This document shows positions 30,189 to 40,711 of a stretch of 64,000 nucleotides of DNA, one piece after another; within the stretch, counting starts at the first letter, position 1, and each line of letters starts with the position of its first letter. A program made the translations under genes and the position numbers. Source of the DNA: an uncultured Burkholderiales bacterium (lineage in GTDB: Bacteria > Bacteroidota > Bacteroidia > UBA8524); assembly GCA_964620355.1 (NCBI GenBank), contig CAZUIT010000012.1, positions 1,070-65,069 on the forward strand, written 5' to 3'. Below the pieces are notes generated by a model. It saw only the letters and a program-made list of their open reading frames with translations, had not been told where the DNA came from and did no database searches.

Positions 30189-30914
30189 TTATTTATTCCT
30201 AAAAAAATTATCCATCAATACAGCCGTTGCAACACCAGCATTTAGAGATTCAGCCCTACCAAGACGAGGAATGCTAATTTTGTTGGTGACGAGTGTCAAT
30301 ACTTCTTCCTGGATTCCTTTTCCCTCATTGCCAATCACCAATACCGCATTGTCTGGAAGCTGGGCTTGGTGCACATTCTCTCCATCCATAACAGCCGCAA
30401 AGGCAGGCAAGGTGCAGGCGTTGAAAAATTCTTGAGCGGGTTTAATGAGTAGCTTCACCCGCAGGAAGGAGCCCATGGTGGCGTCTATGGATTTTGGATT
30501 GTACAGTTCTACCGTGTCTTCACTGCACCACACTTGCTTTAGTCCATACCAATCGGCGATACGCAAAATGGTGCCTAAATTCCCTGGGTCACGAATACCG
30601 TCCAAATATAGTTGAATGCCAGAAGTTGGGATTTTAGCATCCCAGGTAGGAATCTCCACCACAGCCAAAGCCCGCTGGGGAGTAGGGTGGTGCGACAGCC
30701 GTTCCATTTCTTTATTGTTCACCAAGACACATTCTACCACGGTTTTCGGAACATCAAATCCATCTATGTAGTAACATGTTATAATTTTCCACGAACTCTG
30801 GAATAATTCATGCACAGCCTTGTCGCCTTCTACCACAAAATGATGGTATTTTTGCCTGAATTTCTTAATTCGCAAAGATTGAACGTATTTTATTGCCGTA
30901 ACTGATAATGCCAT
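30189..30914 (-). CDS. TrmH/SpoU family RNA methyltransferase
   Basis: DPGNLGTILR, IGNEGKG and ESLNAGVA motifs. Confidence 0.93.
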   Translation of the reverse strand: MALSVTAIKYVQSLRIKKFRQKYHHFVVEGDKAVHELFQSSWKIITCYYIDGFDVPKTVVECVLVNNKEMERLSHHPTPQRALAVVEIPTWDAKIPTSGIQLYLDGIRDPGNLGTILRIADWYGLKQVWCSEDTVELYNPKSIDATMGSFLRVKLLIKPAQEFFNACTLPAFAAVMDGENVHQAQLPDNAVLVIGNEGKGIQEEVLTLVTNKISIPRLGRAESLNAGVATAVLMDNFFRNK

Positions 30915-30924
30915 AATCCTTTAG

Positions 30925-33225
30925 GTGACCAGAAAGTTTCAAATATATCTATTTTGTCTGCTCACGTGGGGATTGGCTGCATGTTCTGTAACCCGTCACA
31001 TGGATGAAAATGAATATTTGTTGAACCGCAGCAAGTTAGAGGGCGTCGATAATAAAAATTTAAAGTCGGGGTTAAAGGAAAATTTATTGTTCAGTGAGAA
31101 TAAGAAAATTCTCAATATCTATCCTTTCTATTTGCAAGCATGGAATTTTGGAAAAGATGGCCGAGATACCAATCGCATTAGAATTTTTGTGCGAGATAAA
31201 ATAGGCGAGAAGCCGAACATACTCGACTCGGTGAAATTAGAGGCGAATGCCGACCAGCTTGAGCTTTACCTTTTTAATAATGGCTACTTCAATGCAAAGG
31301 TTGATTACGCGGTAAAAACCCGACATAAGAAGGCGTTTGTAACCTATAAAGTGAATTTAAATAAGCCTTACCGCATTGCTGAGGTAGAATACCGAATTTA
31401 TGATAGGGATATCCATAAACTTCTCATGAAGGATACAGCAGGCCTTCGTTTTCATAGCGGAGAAATTGTCAATACCGATCGGATGGGAGAAGAGCGCGAC
31501 CGCATTGCAGCCTACCTTAGAAATAACGGATATTTCTTCTTCGACAAGCAGTATATCTCTTTCGATGTCGACTCGAATCAAAACAATCATACGATAAAAA
31601 TGGCGGTTGAGGTGAAAAACCCAGGCCTATACAAACGGCATGAGACCTACCAGTTTAATGAGGTATATGTGGATATTGCATACCCTTTCTATCTAGAAGG
31701 AAAAGATGATTCGACGTTTACAGAAATTGATGGAATAAAGGTTCGTACACGCGGAATGCCAATTTCCAAGCAGATTTTCGCCGACTATATTAAGGTGCGG
31801 GCAGGAATGGAATACAGCGATAAAATGGTGTTAAGCGTGTATAACCGTTTATACGGACTTCAAATTTTCTCTGCCTTGCGGGTTGATATGACGCCTGACA
31901 CAACGAACCGCTTAGTTGATATGATGATTGTGCTCACTCCGGATCCATCCATGCGATTTGGAATAGAACCTCAGGTGATTACTTCTGATCAATCGAGTTC
32001 TGCCGTGGCCAGTAATCAGCGGATTTGGGGTATTTCTGGTCAGGTTTTATTTCGGCATAAAAATCTCTTTGGGGGGGCTGAACTTTTTGATGTAACCTAT
32101 TCTGGAGCAACGGAGTTTCAGTATACCAATAAAAAATTCATTCTTTCCAATGTGCAGCAGAGCTTGTCGAACTCACTGGTGATTCCTAAGTTTTTATGGA
32201 TAGATAATTCAAAGTGGGTTCAAAAAAAGGGGAAAGCCATGAATTGGAAATCGCCGTCAACTACCTTTAATTTAACTTTTTCCTACCAGTATAATCCTGA
32301 CTTTATTCAGCGAACTTCACTTTTAAATTTCTCCTATGCTGTAGGAGGTGGTTTTAACTTCTTTCGATTTGTTCCTTTGGAGATGAATCTCAATCAGGTA
32401 ACAATTAAGAGCGATTTCTTGGATAATTTAACTCCTGGGGATCGGGTACTATTGAGTAGCCTGCTGAACCCTAATTTTATCCCTTCAAGCCGTTTTGAAT
32501 GGTATTATGAAGACAAAGGATTATCCCCAACCGGGAACTACCATAAGTTCAGGTTGAATTTAGAGGCAGCGGGAAATGTTTTTTATACGGGTCTGGTTTT
32601 AAGCGGCACCCCGAAGCCGAGCGACGGAATCTACAAAGTTTTTAATACCAACCTGTTTCAATATGCCAAAACAGATTTTGATTTGCGCTATTATATGAAT
32701 GCCAAAAGTGATATAAACCTGGCCTATAGGCTTCATACCGGCATAGCTTTTCCTTATGGAAACTCGCGCGTTGTGCCGTTTGATAAACGGTTTTTTATTG
32801 GAGGAGCAAATAGCCTTAGGGGCTGGGCTCCACGTAGCATAGGTCCCGGTAGTTATAATAGTTCCAATGTTAATCAAATTGACCGTTCTGGAGAAATAGT
32901 GATTGAAGGTTCTGCTGAAGTGCGCTTTCGAGTGATCACAGGACTTTTGGAAGGGGCGCTATTTGTTGATGGTGGAAATATCTGGAATGTCTATGGCGAT
33001 AGTTCCTTACCGGGTGCGAATATCAACTGGCTGTTTTTCAATCAATTTGCCTTTAATGCGGGAATTGGTGCCCGTTTTGACTTTGACTTTTTCCTTGTGC
33101 GACTCGATATGGGAGCACAAATTAGAGACCCGTCTTTCCCGAAAAATGGAGGACTGGTTGTTCAAGATTATAATTATTTAAACCGCCGACTTACCTTCAA
33201 TTTTGGTATCGGTTATCCATTCTAA
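30925..33225 (+). CDS. tamL: TamL / BamA-TamA family outer-membrane lipoprotein
   Basis: Lipobox LAAC, POTRA-like NNGYF, GGANSLRGW, FVDGGNIW, terminal GIGYPF. Confidence 0.88.
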   Translation: MTRKFQIYLFCLLTWGLAACSVTRHMDENEYLLNRSKLEGVDNKNLKSGLKENLLFSENKKILNIYPFYLQAWNFGKDGRDTNRIRIFVRDKIGEKPNILDSVKLEANADQLELYLFNNGYFNAKVDYAVKTRHKKAFVTYKVNLNKPYRIAEVEYRIYDRDIHKLLMKDTAGLRFHSGEIVNTDRMGEERDRIAAYLRNNGYFFFDKQYISFDVDSNQNNHTIKMAVEVKNPGLYKRHETYQFNEVYVDIAYPFYLEGKDDSTFTEIDGIKVRTRGMPISKQIFADYIKVRAGMEYSDKMVLSVYNRLYGLQIFSALRVDMTPDTTNRLVDMMIVLTPDPSMRFGIEPQVITSDQSSSAVASNQRIWGISGQVLFRHKNLFGGAELFDVTYSGATEFQYTNKKFILSNVQQSLSNSLVIPKFLWIDNSKWVQKKGKAMNWKSPSTTFNLTFSYQYNPDFIQRTSLLNFSYAVGGGFNFFRFVPLEMNLNQVTIKSDFLDNLTPGDRVLLSSLLNPNFIPSSRFEWYYEDKGLSPTGNYHKFRLNLEAAGNVFYTGLVLSGTPKPSDGIYKVFNTNLFQYAKTDFDLRYYMNAKSDINLAYRLHTGIAFPYGNSRVVPFDKRFFIGGANSLRGWAPRSIGPGSYNSSNVNQIDRSGEIVIEGSAEVRFRVITGLLEGALFVDGGNIWNVYGDSSLPGANINWLFFNQFAFNAGIGARFDFDFFLVRLDMGAQIRDPSFPKNGGLVVQDYNYLNRRLTFNFGIGYPF

Positions 33226-33226
33226 C

Positions 33227-34261
33227 ATGTATTCGCTGCTCAAACCTATCCTTTTTTCGATGTCTCCAGAGGAGGCGCATTATTTTGCTATGAATTCATG
33301 GCAAAGGCTAAATACTTATACGTGGCAACGCTCCATTATGCGTAGTCTTTTTGCGGCAGAATCCTTTAATAAGCCAGTGGATATAGCCGGAATTACTTTT
33401 CAGAATCAGGTAGGATTAGCTGCTGGATTTGATAAAGACGCTCGTTGGGTAGACGCCCTAGCAAGCATGGGTTTTGGTCATATTGAAATAGGAACCTTAA
33501 CGCCTCGCCCGCAGCCTGGTAACGATAAACCTCGATTATTCCGTTTGGTTGAAGATCAGGCACTCATCAACCGTATGGGTTTTAATAATGAAGGGGTTGA
33601 TGTTGCCGTTTCGCGCTTGGCACGGGTTGAATCGAAGGTGATTGTTGGAGGAAATATTGGTAAGAATAAAATCACAGCCAATGAAGATGCTTGGGAAGAT
33701 TACCGCTATTGCTTCAGAAAACTCTTTCCGCATGTGCATTATTTTACCGTGAATGTAAGCAGTCCGAATACTCCTGGACTTCGTGAACTGCAAGAGAAAA
33801 AGCCATTAGAGCAATTATTAAATGGATTGATGGACCTGCGCAAAGAACTGAGCATCGGAGTTCCGAAACCAATCTTTCTGAAAATTGCTCCAGACCTCAC
33901 CCAGGATCAACTCACGGATATTATAGACCTTGTTTTTTCTACAGGCATTGATGGATTAGTCGCTACAAACACAACCATTAGTCGGGAACATTTAAAGTCA
34001 AGCGCCGCAGAGATAGAAAGTATTGGAGCAGGTGGCCTAAGCGGTTTACCCGTAAAGAATGCCTCAAATGAGGTACTCCGATTTTTGCATAAAGAAAGTG
34101 GAGGTAAATTTCCTATCATCGGGGTCGGCGGTATCATGAATGCCGATGATGCGAAGGCCAAACTCGATGCCGGCGCAAGTCTGGTTCAGGTTTATTCCGG
34201 ATTTATCTATGAAGGAGTCGGATTAATCAGTTCCATCAAAAAGGAGTTGCATCGTTACTAG
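33227..34261 (+). CDS. pyrD: Quinone-dependent dihydroorotate dehydrogenase
   Basis: GLAAGFDK, INRMGFNN, NVSSPNTPGLR, KIAPDL and GGLSG motifs. Confidence 0.96.
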   Translation: MYSLLKPILFSMSPEEAHYFAMNSWQRLNTYTWQRSIMRSLFAAESFNKPVDIAGITFQNQVGLAAGFDKDARWVDALASMGFGHIEIGTLTPRPQPGNDKPRLFRLVEDQALINRMGFNNEGVDVAVSRLARVESKVIVGGNIGKNKITANEDAWEDYRYCFRKLFPHVHYFTVNVSSPNTPGLRELQEKKPLEQLLNGLMDLRKELSIGVPKPIFLKIAPDLTQDQLTDIIDLVFSTGIDGLVATNTTISREHLKSSAAEIESIGAGGLSGLPVKNASNEVLRFLHKESGGKFPIIGVGGIMNADDAKAKLDAGASLVQVYSGFIYEGVGLISSIKKELHRY

Positions 34262-34310
34262 GGCTTTTTTTCTGTCGCTCGCGTATGATTTCGTCTCCGA
34301 GTAAAATAGG

Positions 34311-34360
34311 ACTCCACCTACGCTCCCGATAGTGATCGGGACGCTTCGGCGGACGGTGAC
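34311..34360. repeat. REP-like element carrying an inserted TCCCGAT-AGTG-ATCGGGA hairpin
   Basis: ccacctacgc[tcccgatagtgatcggga]cgcttcggcggacgg; a related free hairpin ccgatagcaatcgg sits at about 35302. Confidence 0.65.
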
Positions 34361-34420
34361 GGAGCCGCAATACATTTGCTTTCGCCAGAATAGAGTCACA
34401 GGAAGTCTTTTGTCTTACCC

Positions 34421-34480
34421 TCTCAAATCTCAATCTCGAAATCTCGAAACCTCGATAAGTCGAAATCTCGTAAAGTCGAC
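34421..34480. repeat. Octamer-like microrepeat (TCTCGAAA)n
   Basis: tctcaatctcgaaatctcgaaacctcgataagtcgaaatctcg; same family at 51177-51237. Confidence 0.7.
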
Positions 34481-34527
34481 CTGTCGATTCGTATATTTGG
34501 CTGAACCAATTGATAAACCATGCCCTT

Positions 34528-35292
34528 ATGAAAACCTTTGCCTTTCGTTATGCTGTGATTCTCACGATTGCATTTGTGTTTATGTCTGCTGAAGTGATAG
34601 ATGATTTTTTGACCCAGCAAAGGAAATATGCTCGGGTGCGTACGGCCATCACGGAAAAGGAGGATGTCATTGATTCAGACTTAGTCAAGCTGAATTTAAC
34701 AAAAGACAATTTTGAGCTCCTTCTTTTGGCATTTAAGGAAGAAAAGGAATTACAGCTTTTTGTGAAAAAGAAAAGTGAGTCGTCATTTCGGTGGTTTAAG
34801 ACGTATGAAGTTTGTGCCTCATCTGGAGAACTTGGTCCAAAGGCAAAACAGGGCGACGGACAAGTACCCGAAGGCTTTTATCATATTGATCGATTTAATC
34901 CTGCAAGTAGTTTCTATTTATCGCTCGGACTCAACTATCCCAATAGTGCGGATAAACGGCGAAACCCCGGAGGAAATCTGGGTGGGGATATTTTCATTCA
35001 TGGAAACTGTGTGACCATTGGTTGTTTACCGATGACAGACGACAAGATTAAAGAAATCTATCTGCTAGCTGTGCATGCCAAAAACAATGGACAGAATAAT
35101 ATCCCGGTTTATGTTTTTCCCTTCAAAATGACGGATGAGAACATGAAGTCTTTTGAAAGCACCTATAAATCAAATACCAAATTGATTGCTTTTTGGAAAA
35201 CACTTAAGCCCGGTTTTGATGCGTTTATTAAAACACGAAAAGCGCTAGATTATAAGGTTAGCGCCAAGGGAGAGTATATAGTAGCTAATTAA
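34528..35292 (+). CDS. L,D-transpeptidase family protein (YafK/DpaA-like)
   Basis: GPK..QGDGQVPEGFY and GGDIFIHGNCVTIGC motifs. Confidence 0.88.
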   Translation: MKTFAFRYAVILTIAFVFMSAEVIDDFLTQQRKYARVRTAITEKEDVIDSDLVKLNLTKDNFELLLLAFKEEKELQLFVKKKSESSFRWFKTYEVCASSGELGPKAKQGDGQVPEGFYHIDRFNPASSFYLSLGLNYPNSADKRRNPGGNLGGDIFIHGNCVTIGCLPMTDDKIKEIYLLAVHAKNNGQNNIPVYVFPFKMTDENMKSFESTYKSNTKLIAFWKTLKPGFDAFIKTRKALDYKVSAKGEYIVAN

Positions 35293-35341
35293 TCATTGGT
35301 ACCGATAGCAATCGGAATTTGACATTGGAATTTATTTTATC

Positions 35342-35680
35342 ATGGCCTATAGTGAATACTTAGCAGAGCGCGTTCGATTGCGTCTTCAGAATGTGGGTCC
35401 TCTTGAGGAAAAAAAGATGATGGGTGGACTTATCTTCATGCTCCATAATAAAATGTGCGTTGGAGTGGATTCTGACAAACAAACGGGGAAGGATCGTTTG
35501 ATGGTTCGGGTAGGGAAACTTCCGTATGAAGCCCTCCTACAAAAGAAAGGAAGCAAAGAAATGAACTTTACCGGCAAACCCATGCGCGGCTTTCTTTTTA
35601 TAGACCCAGAAGGATTCGACCGAGAAGAAGACCTCGATTTCTGGGTCGGAAAAGCCATTGAGTTTAATGCAATGCTTTAG
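35342..35680 (+). CDS. TfoX N-terminal domain protein
   Basis: EKKMMGGL.FM...MCVGV and MNFTGKPMRGF motifs. Confidence 0.88.
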   Translation: MAYSEYLAERVRLRLQNVGPLEEKKMMGGLIFMLHNKMCVGVDSDKQTGKDRLMVRVGKLPYEALLQKKGSKEMNFTGKPMRGFLFIDPEGFDREEDLDFWVGKAIEFNAML

Positions 35681-36028
35681 ATTAACTCATTTTTCCGTTG
35701 CATTTCGGCAAACTGTTCCTTCGCTTCTCCAGATTACTTTGCGGGATTTGCTTCAGCGCAGATGTATGGATGATGGGGGAGTGTCAACTAGTCTAACCAT
35801 TTTATTGACTAAGTATCTAATGATCTCAAAATACCTACTATTGAGTAGAGATATTCTTTCAATAATTGGGAGCTTGCAGGTATTAACCAAAGTTCAATGC
35901 AGACGTTCTGCACAATTTAATTATGTTCACGTGGATATAGTGCGATTTGGGAAAGATGGAAATCAGCAATATGCCCCATGTGACCGATAAATTGCGATTA
36001 AAAGGTGCAAATATCCTAAATTGGATGC

Positions 36029-36961
36029 GTGCACCTTTTTCTATTTTCTAAGCGCTTTTGGCTTACTGTTTTATTGATTATTTGGGCCTTAAATATGCTT
36101 GCTCAACCATCTATACAAGGGACTGTTTATGTTTACCCACCCTTTGAATCAAAATTTATTCAACCAATTGAAGTCGTGGTATGGGTACCAGCGAATTACG
36201 ATACTGCTCGAGATTATGCCGTGCTCTATATGCATGATGGTCAGAATCTTTTTGATTCTACGATAACTTGGAATCGCCAAGAGTGGGGAGTAGATGAAAC
36301 ATTGTCTGCCCTGATCGATGGAAAGCGTGTCCGGCCATGCATCGTTGTAGGAATCTTTAACCAAGGCACAAAACGACTCGCTCAATATTTCCCTCAAAAG
36401 GTCTATGAATCGATGTCGCCAGCAGGAAAAGACTCCATAAAAATGAGGTTCACCGGTAGAGGAATCCCCTTCGAACCGATTTATTCCGATGCCTATTTAA
36501 AGTTTATAGTAGAGGAACTGAAGCCCTTTGTTGATTCGAGTTTTTCTACAATTCCTGATGCTTCAAATACTTTTGTGGCAGGCTCCAGTTTTGGCGGATT
36601 GATTTCCATGTATGCGATGTGTGAATACCCCAATGTTTTTGGTGGTGCGGCCTGTTTATCAAGTCATTGGCCCGGAACTCAGTCGAATAAGTGCCCTGAA
36701 ATCCCTGAGGCCTGTCTCCAGTATATTGACAAGAATACACCAGACCCACGCACTCATAATTTCTATTTTGATTACGGGACTTTGGAATTGGATTCATTGT
36801 ATGAGGACTATCAATTAGCTGTAGACTCAGTCTTACGAAAAAACGGATACGGTCCAGAACAATTGACTACTCAGAAGTTCGAAGGCCATAAACACGAAGA
36901 ATATTATTGGCGCCAACGTTTTGACATTCCTGCCACCTATTTACTGAAGCCAAATGATTAA
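36029..36961 (+). CDS. Secreted alpha/beta-hydrolase (putative esterase)
   Basis: VLYMHDGQNLFD, GSSFGG nucleophile elbow, H.E..WRQR. Confidence 0.88.
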   Translation: MHLFLFSKRFWLTVLLIIWALNMLAQPSIQGTVYVYPPFESKFIQPIEVVVWVPANYDTARDYAVLYMHDGQNLFDSTITWNRQEWGVDETLSALIDGKRVRPCIVVGIFNQGTKRLAQYFPQKVYESMSPAGKDSIKMRFTGRGIPFEPIYSDAYLKFIVEELKPFVDSSFSTIPDASNTFVAGSSFGGLISMYAMCEYPNVFGGAACLSSHWPGTQSNKCPEIPEACLQYIDKNTPDPRTHNFYFDYGTLELDSLYEDYQLAVDSVLRKNGYGPEQLTTQKFEGHKHEEYYWRQRFDIPATYLLKPND

Positions 36962-37346
36962 AACTGTTTCATACCGTTTCCAGGGCTACTATTTTCTAGC
37001 CTTTATATTGCTTCTCGCTATAGAAGTATTCATTGCGCTTTATGTACGAGATTCCTTTATTCGTCCCTATCTGGGCGATACCATTGTTGTATGGCTTATC
37101 TATGCTTTTATCCTGAGCTTTATTGCTTGGCCGAAATCGAAAGTTGCGCTTGGGGTTTTGCTATTCGCCTTCCTCGTAGAAGGCTTGCAGGCCATGCACT
37201 TTATTGAGATAATTGGATTACAAGATAATGCTTTAGCACGTGTAGTGATTGGAACTTTCTTCGCTTGGGAAGATATCTGGGCTTATATTGGAGGGTATTT
37301 GGTAATCTTGTTATTTAATTGGCTTATGTCCATAAACAAGGGGTGA
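36954..37346 (+). CDS. DUF2809 family membrane protein
   Basis: IEVFIALYVRDSFIRPYLGD and GTFFAWED motifs. Confidence 0.82.
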   Translation: MIKTVSYRFQGYYFLAFILLLAIEVFIALYVRDSFIRPYLGDTIVVWLIYAFILSFIAWPKSKVALGVLLFAFLVEGLQAMHFIEIIGLQDNALARVVIGTFFAWEDIWAYIGGYLVILLFNWLMSINKG

Positions 37347-37999
37347 ATAGGCATATCTATATTCTCAGCGGACTCGGCGCAGATGAACGTGCTTTCGCGC
37401 GTATGGATTGGGGTGAATTAGAAGTCCACCATATTTCATGGTTGCCTGTAAAAAGGGGAGATGATTTCCAAGTCTATGTCAAGCAATTGGCCGCATTTAT
37501 AACGGAACCGCATTTTATCCTTTTGGGCATGTCGTTTGGCGGAATGATTGCCCAAGAAATTGCCAAGCTCAAAAAGCCAGATCAACTTATCCTCATCTCT
37601 TCATTCAAGGGACATTGGGAATTGCCCTGGCGCTACCGTTTTATCATGATGATGCGTATAGATGCAATGCTTCGGCCATCCATGTTTAAACAAACAAGCG
37701 GCGTAGCACAGTGGTTTTTTGGCACCAAGCAAAAACGCAACGACGGCAAATTGCTCAAGCGCATTATTGATGATACGAATGAAGACTTTATCGCTTGGGC
37801 CCTGCATCCAATTGTTGTTTGGAGAGGAAATAAAGAAATCCCTACCATTTCTATCCATGGCTCAAATGATCGATTAATCCCTATTGCGAAAGTTCAGGCA
37901 GATTATATCATCCAACATGGAGGCCATTTTATGGTATATAATCATGCGGATGAGATTAGTGCGATTGTGCAGGATGTTTGTCGGGAATCGGCTACATGA
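37343..37999 (+). CDS. Alpha/beta hydrolase
   Basis: SGLGADERAF, GMSFGG, IHGSNDRLIP and GGHFM motifs; GTGA overlap start. Confidence 0.85.
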   Translation: MNRHIYILSGLGADERAFARMDWGELEVHHISWLPVKRGDDFQVYVKQLAAFITEPHFILLGMSFGGMIAQEIAKLKKPDQLILISSFKGHWELPWRYRFIMMMRIDAMLRPSMFKQTSGVAQWFFGTKQKRNDGKLLKRIIDDTNEDFIAWALHPIVVWRGNKEIPTISIHGSNDRLIPIAKVQADYIIQHGGHFMVYNHADEISAIVQDVCRESAT

Positions 38000-38090
38000 C
38001 CACATTCAACCGGTACGCAATAAATCTCATACCTATTTAATTACTTACCTACTTACTTACTTACCGTCTTCTAACCCTCTCAAGTCTACA

Positions 38091-39515
38091 TTACTTCTTC
38101 TTCCTTTGCTCGTAATTCCTGAACTTATTGTCTTTCTGGTAATTCTTCCGGTCATGCTCCTTCATGACTTTAACCGAGTCAATTCCCTGTTCGTAGGCAT
38201 TGTAGAGGGAGTCTTGCTGCAAAAGCTCCTCGTTCTCTGGCGCTACACTGCGGTAGCGTTCTAGTTCTTTTCGTCCTCGTTCTAGTTCTTTCTTGGCATC
38301 TTCAAATTTGTAACTATCAACTCCACGCATGGCGATTTCCATCACTTCATTGCTTTCAAAAATGAGGATTTGCTGCAATACGGTTTCGTTATAATGGGTA
38401 GCATATAAGGCCGGTTCTGTCAGAAAGTTTACTTGGGTTTCCATGCTGATTTCCTGGTCTTTTCCCGAAGTGGCTTCCACGAAACTGATGTTCTCTTTGA
38501 ATACCAAGTCTTTGTTCCATTGTTGATCGACCTTAAAACGGAGCAGTACGGCCTTTTTCTCTTCCGAAAAGATATCGCGGTAATCCACTGTAATTTTATT
38601 TCCTGTTTGCGTATAACGGTATCCAAAAACCTTGTCAAGGCGAACACCATTTGGAATATGGACTTCCAGCTTCAAGTTTTGAGCAGCCACCAAAAGCAGT
38701 CCACTGAGTTCTTTGGCGAAAATGTTTGGAATTTCATCGGGGGAAGAAATGAAATAATAATTCCCACCAAACTCGGCCATACTCTGCATGAGGTTTTCGT
38801 TGAAGTCGGCACCTACCCCAAAAGTGGATAGGCTTATTCCCGTTTCCTCGAGTTTATTGGCAACGGCTTGAACCAGTCCAGCAGAGTCAGAAATCCCCTG
38901 GTTGGCTAATCCATCCGACATGAGTAAAACACGATTGATATAGGCGTCGCTTTTATTTTTGGCAACTTGTTTATATCCTTCGAACATGCCGCCACTCAGG
39001 TTAGTAGAGCCACCTGTAACCATCTTATCTATCAAATTTTTCAGGTGTTGTTTATTGCTTACTTTTTGGGCTTCGGCCACCACTTGAACGCCAGATTCGT
39101 AGGTGACAATGGAAACAATATCGTTCTCACCAAGATTGTCAATTACGAATTTTGCGGCTTCTATAGTATACTTGAGTTTATCTCCGCCCATGGATCCACT
39201 GCGATCGAGTACTAATGAAAGATTTAAAGGGGTACGCTCTCCAGCGGTGATAATTTTTGGAGCCTCCACTTCGGAGTAGAGGTAAATAAAGCTGTCGTTC
39301 CCCGGAAAATAATAGTGATTCTGCGATCCGTTTTTGAAGGTCAATACTTGGGTTTGAACTCCCATGGTATTCTTATATGCAATGCTGTCGGGCGGTACAA
39401 TGATCAGTGCTTTTTCTTCTATCGGCTCATCATCAAAAATGTTGAAGATTAAGTCTAGCGGGAGCTGAAAGGAAATAAGGACACTCAGCAAGAAGGGAAA
39501 AATCAGCGTTCTCAT
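38091..39515 (-). CDS. von Willebrand factor A domain protein (YfbK-like)
   Basis: MIDAS VLDRSGSM, GGSTNL, LMSDGLAN, FGVGADFNE; hydrophobic N-terminus. Confidence 0.88.
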   Translation of the reverse strand: MRTLIFPFLLSVLISFQLPLDLIFNIFDDEPIEEKALIIVPPDSIAYKNTMGVQTQVLTFKNGSQNHYYFPGNDSFIYLYSEVEAPKIITAGERTPLNLSLVLDRSGSMGGDKLKYTIEAAKFVIDNLGENDIVSIVTYESGVQVVAEAQKVSNKQHLKNLIDKMVTGGSTNLSGGMFEGYKQVAKNKSDAYINRVLLMSDGLANQGISDSAGLVQAVANKLEETGISLSTFGVGADFNENLMQSMAEFGGNYYFISSPDEIPNIFAKELSGLLLVAAQNLKLEVHIPNGVRLDKVFGYRYTQTGNKITVDYRDIFSEEKKAVLLRFKVDQQWNKDLVFKENISFVEATSGKDQEISMETQVNFLTEPALYATHYNETVLQQILIFESNEVMEIAMRGVDSYKFEDAKKELERGRKELERYRSVAPENEELLQQDSLYNAYEQGIDSVKVMKEHDRKNYQKDNKFRNYEQRKKK

Positions 39516-39638
39516 AGGCGAAGTTTGTAAGGTAACGAAAAGTGCATCTGCCATGGTATATATCAAAAGGATTCAAGAAGTAAATGATTCACTTTAGTAA
39601 CACCTGGGAGATTAATTACCCTACCTGTTGGATAATTC

Positions 39639-39646
39639 TATTTTTG
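39639..39646 (+). promoter_or_regulatory. Bacteroidota -7 promoter element of the IS-disrupted T9SS gene
   Basis: TATTTTTG (TAnnTTTG) about 40 nt upstream of ATG 39684. Confidence 0.5.
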
Positions 39647-39702
39647 TTGTTGTTGCATTTGGAACTTAACAGCATATTGCAACATGCCAGTATTTAAAAC
39701 TA

Positions 39703-40711
39703 CATGAGTCACCGCCTTCGTACCACTAAATTGGCTTAACGCTAATGCTGACAAGTCTTTCAAAGATATTCAGCCCAAAATTACGTCTGTTTAGCTTATA
39801 GCTGAATTCAGCAAGGTAGCGTTGCAAATATTTTGGGCTAACCGAATGATAAATGCCAAGCAGAAAGCGTTTTAGGTTAGCCGTTACTACTCCAACCCAG
39901 GGCAAATGTTCATCATTATTTTCTTTGTTTGATTTTACACGTTCATGTGTTTCCGCCACTTCCCCAAGCAAAACAAATTCCCGCCCCTTGTCTGTGGTCA
40001 GTTTTTTGACCAATCCAACCATCTTTTTTACCACTCTTAATGCTTCTGCCGAATCATGAGAGTCGATGATTTCTATTTTCGAATAGCCTAGCTTCTTTCC
40101 TCCTTTGTCCTTTTTATCTTCAACGGGTTTTGACTCTACTGCAATGAGTGCAGGCGTATTACGCTGGCTCCCTTTTCCGCGCTTAACTTCTTCATTTTCA
40201 GATAAACTACATGTTGTTCTAAGGAAAATCTCATCTACTTCCATGTCGCCATTTAGGGTATACTTATTTTCCCGCAATTCCATCAGGCACCTTATCTTAT
40301 GCATCATCATCCACGCTGGCTCGTGCCGGTTATAGCACAATTGTCTTTGAAGTTCTTTTGCAGATAACCCCTTTTTTGTACTTGTCATTAAATACATGGC
40401 ATAAAACCAATCCCGAAAGGGAAGGTTGCTAGAATCCATGATGGTTCCGCTTCGTAGCGTGGTTCTGAATTTACACTTGGAATCGGCGCATTGAAATTGC
40501 TCCTTCTTGGGTAGCCAGTAATGCTTCGTATTACCACATTTCTTACAAATGACACCCTGTTGAATGCGTAATTCACGGAAATACTCCCTACAATAGGACT
40601 CTGAACTAAAGTTTTCAAAAAATTCAAATCTTGTCATGGCCTGTTTTTCAGGCAAGTTCAACGCTCGTACCGCCATATTGCGGCGTAGTGGTATAATTGC
40701 GGTGACTCATG
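39703..40711 (-). mobile_element. IS1595-family insertion sequence, 1009 bp
   Basis: Terminal IRs CATGAGTCACCGC..TACCACTA and TAGTGGTA..GCGGTGACTCATG; 8-bp TSD TAAAACTA at 39695-39702 and 40712-40719. Confidence 0.93.
39726..40637 (-). CDS. IS1595-family (ISXO2-like) transposase
   Basis: Zn ribbon CKKC...C....C, KKGLSAKELQR HTH, EVDE, TDKG, GIYHSVSPKYLQRYLAEFSYKLNRR. Confidence 0.94.
   Translation of the reverse strand: MTRFEFFENFSSESYCREYFRELRIQQGVICKKCGNTKHYWLPKKEQFQCADSKCKFRTTLRSGTIMDSSNLPFRDWFYAMYLMTSTKKGLSAKELQRQLCYNRHEPAWMMMHKIRCLMELRENKYTLNGDMEVDEIFLRTTCSLSENEEVKRGKGSQRNTPALIAVESKPVEDKKDKGGKKLGYSKIEIIDSHDSAEALRVVKKMVGLVKKLTTDKGREFVLLGEVAETHERVKSNKENNDEHLPWVGVVTANLKRFLLGIYHSVSPKYLQRYLAEFSYKLNRRNFGLNIFERLVSISVKPI

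Noticed and set aside
35658-35990. 110-aa ORF or possible ncRNA
   Set aside because: No recognisable motif or convincing structure.
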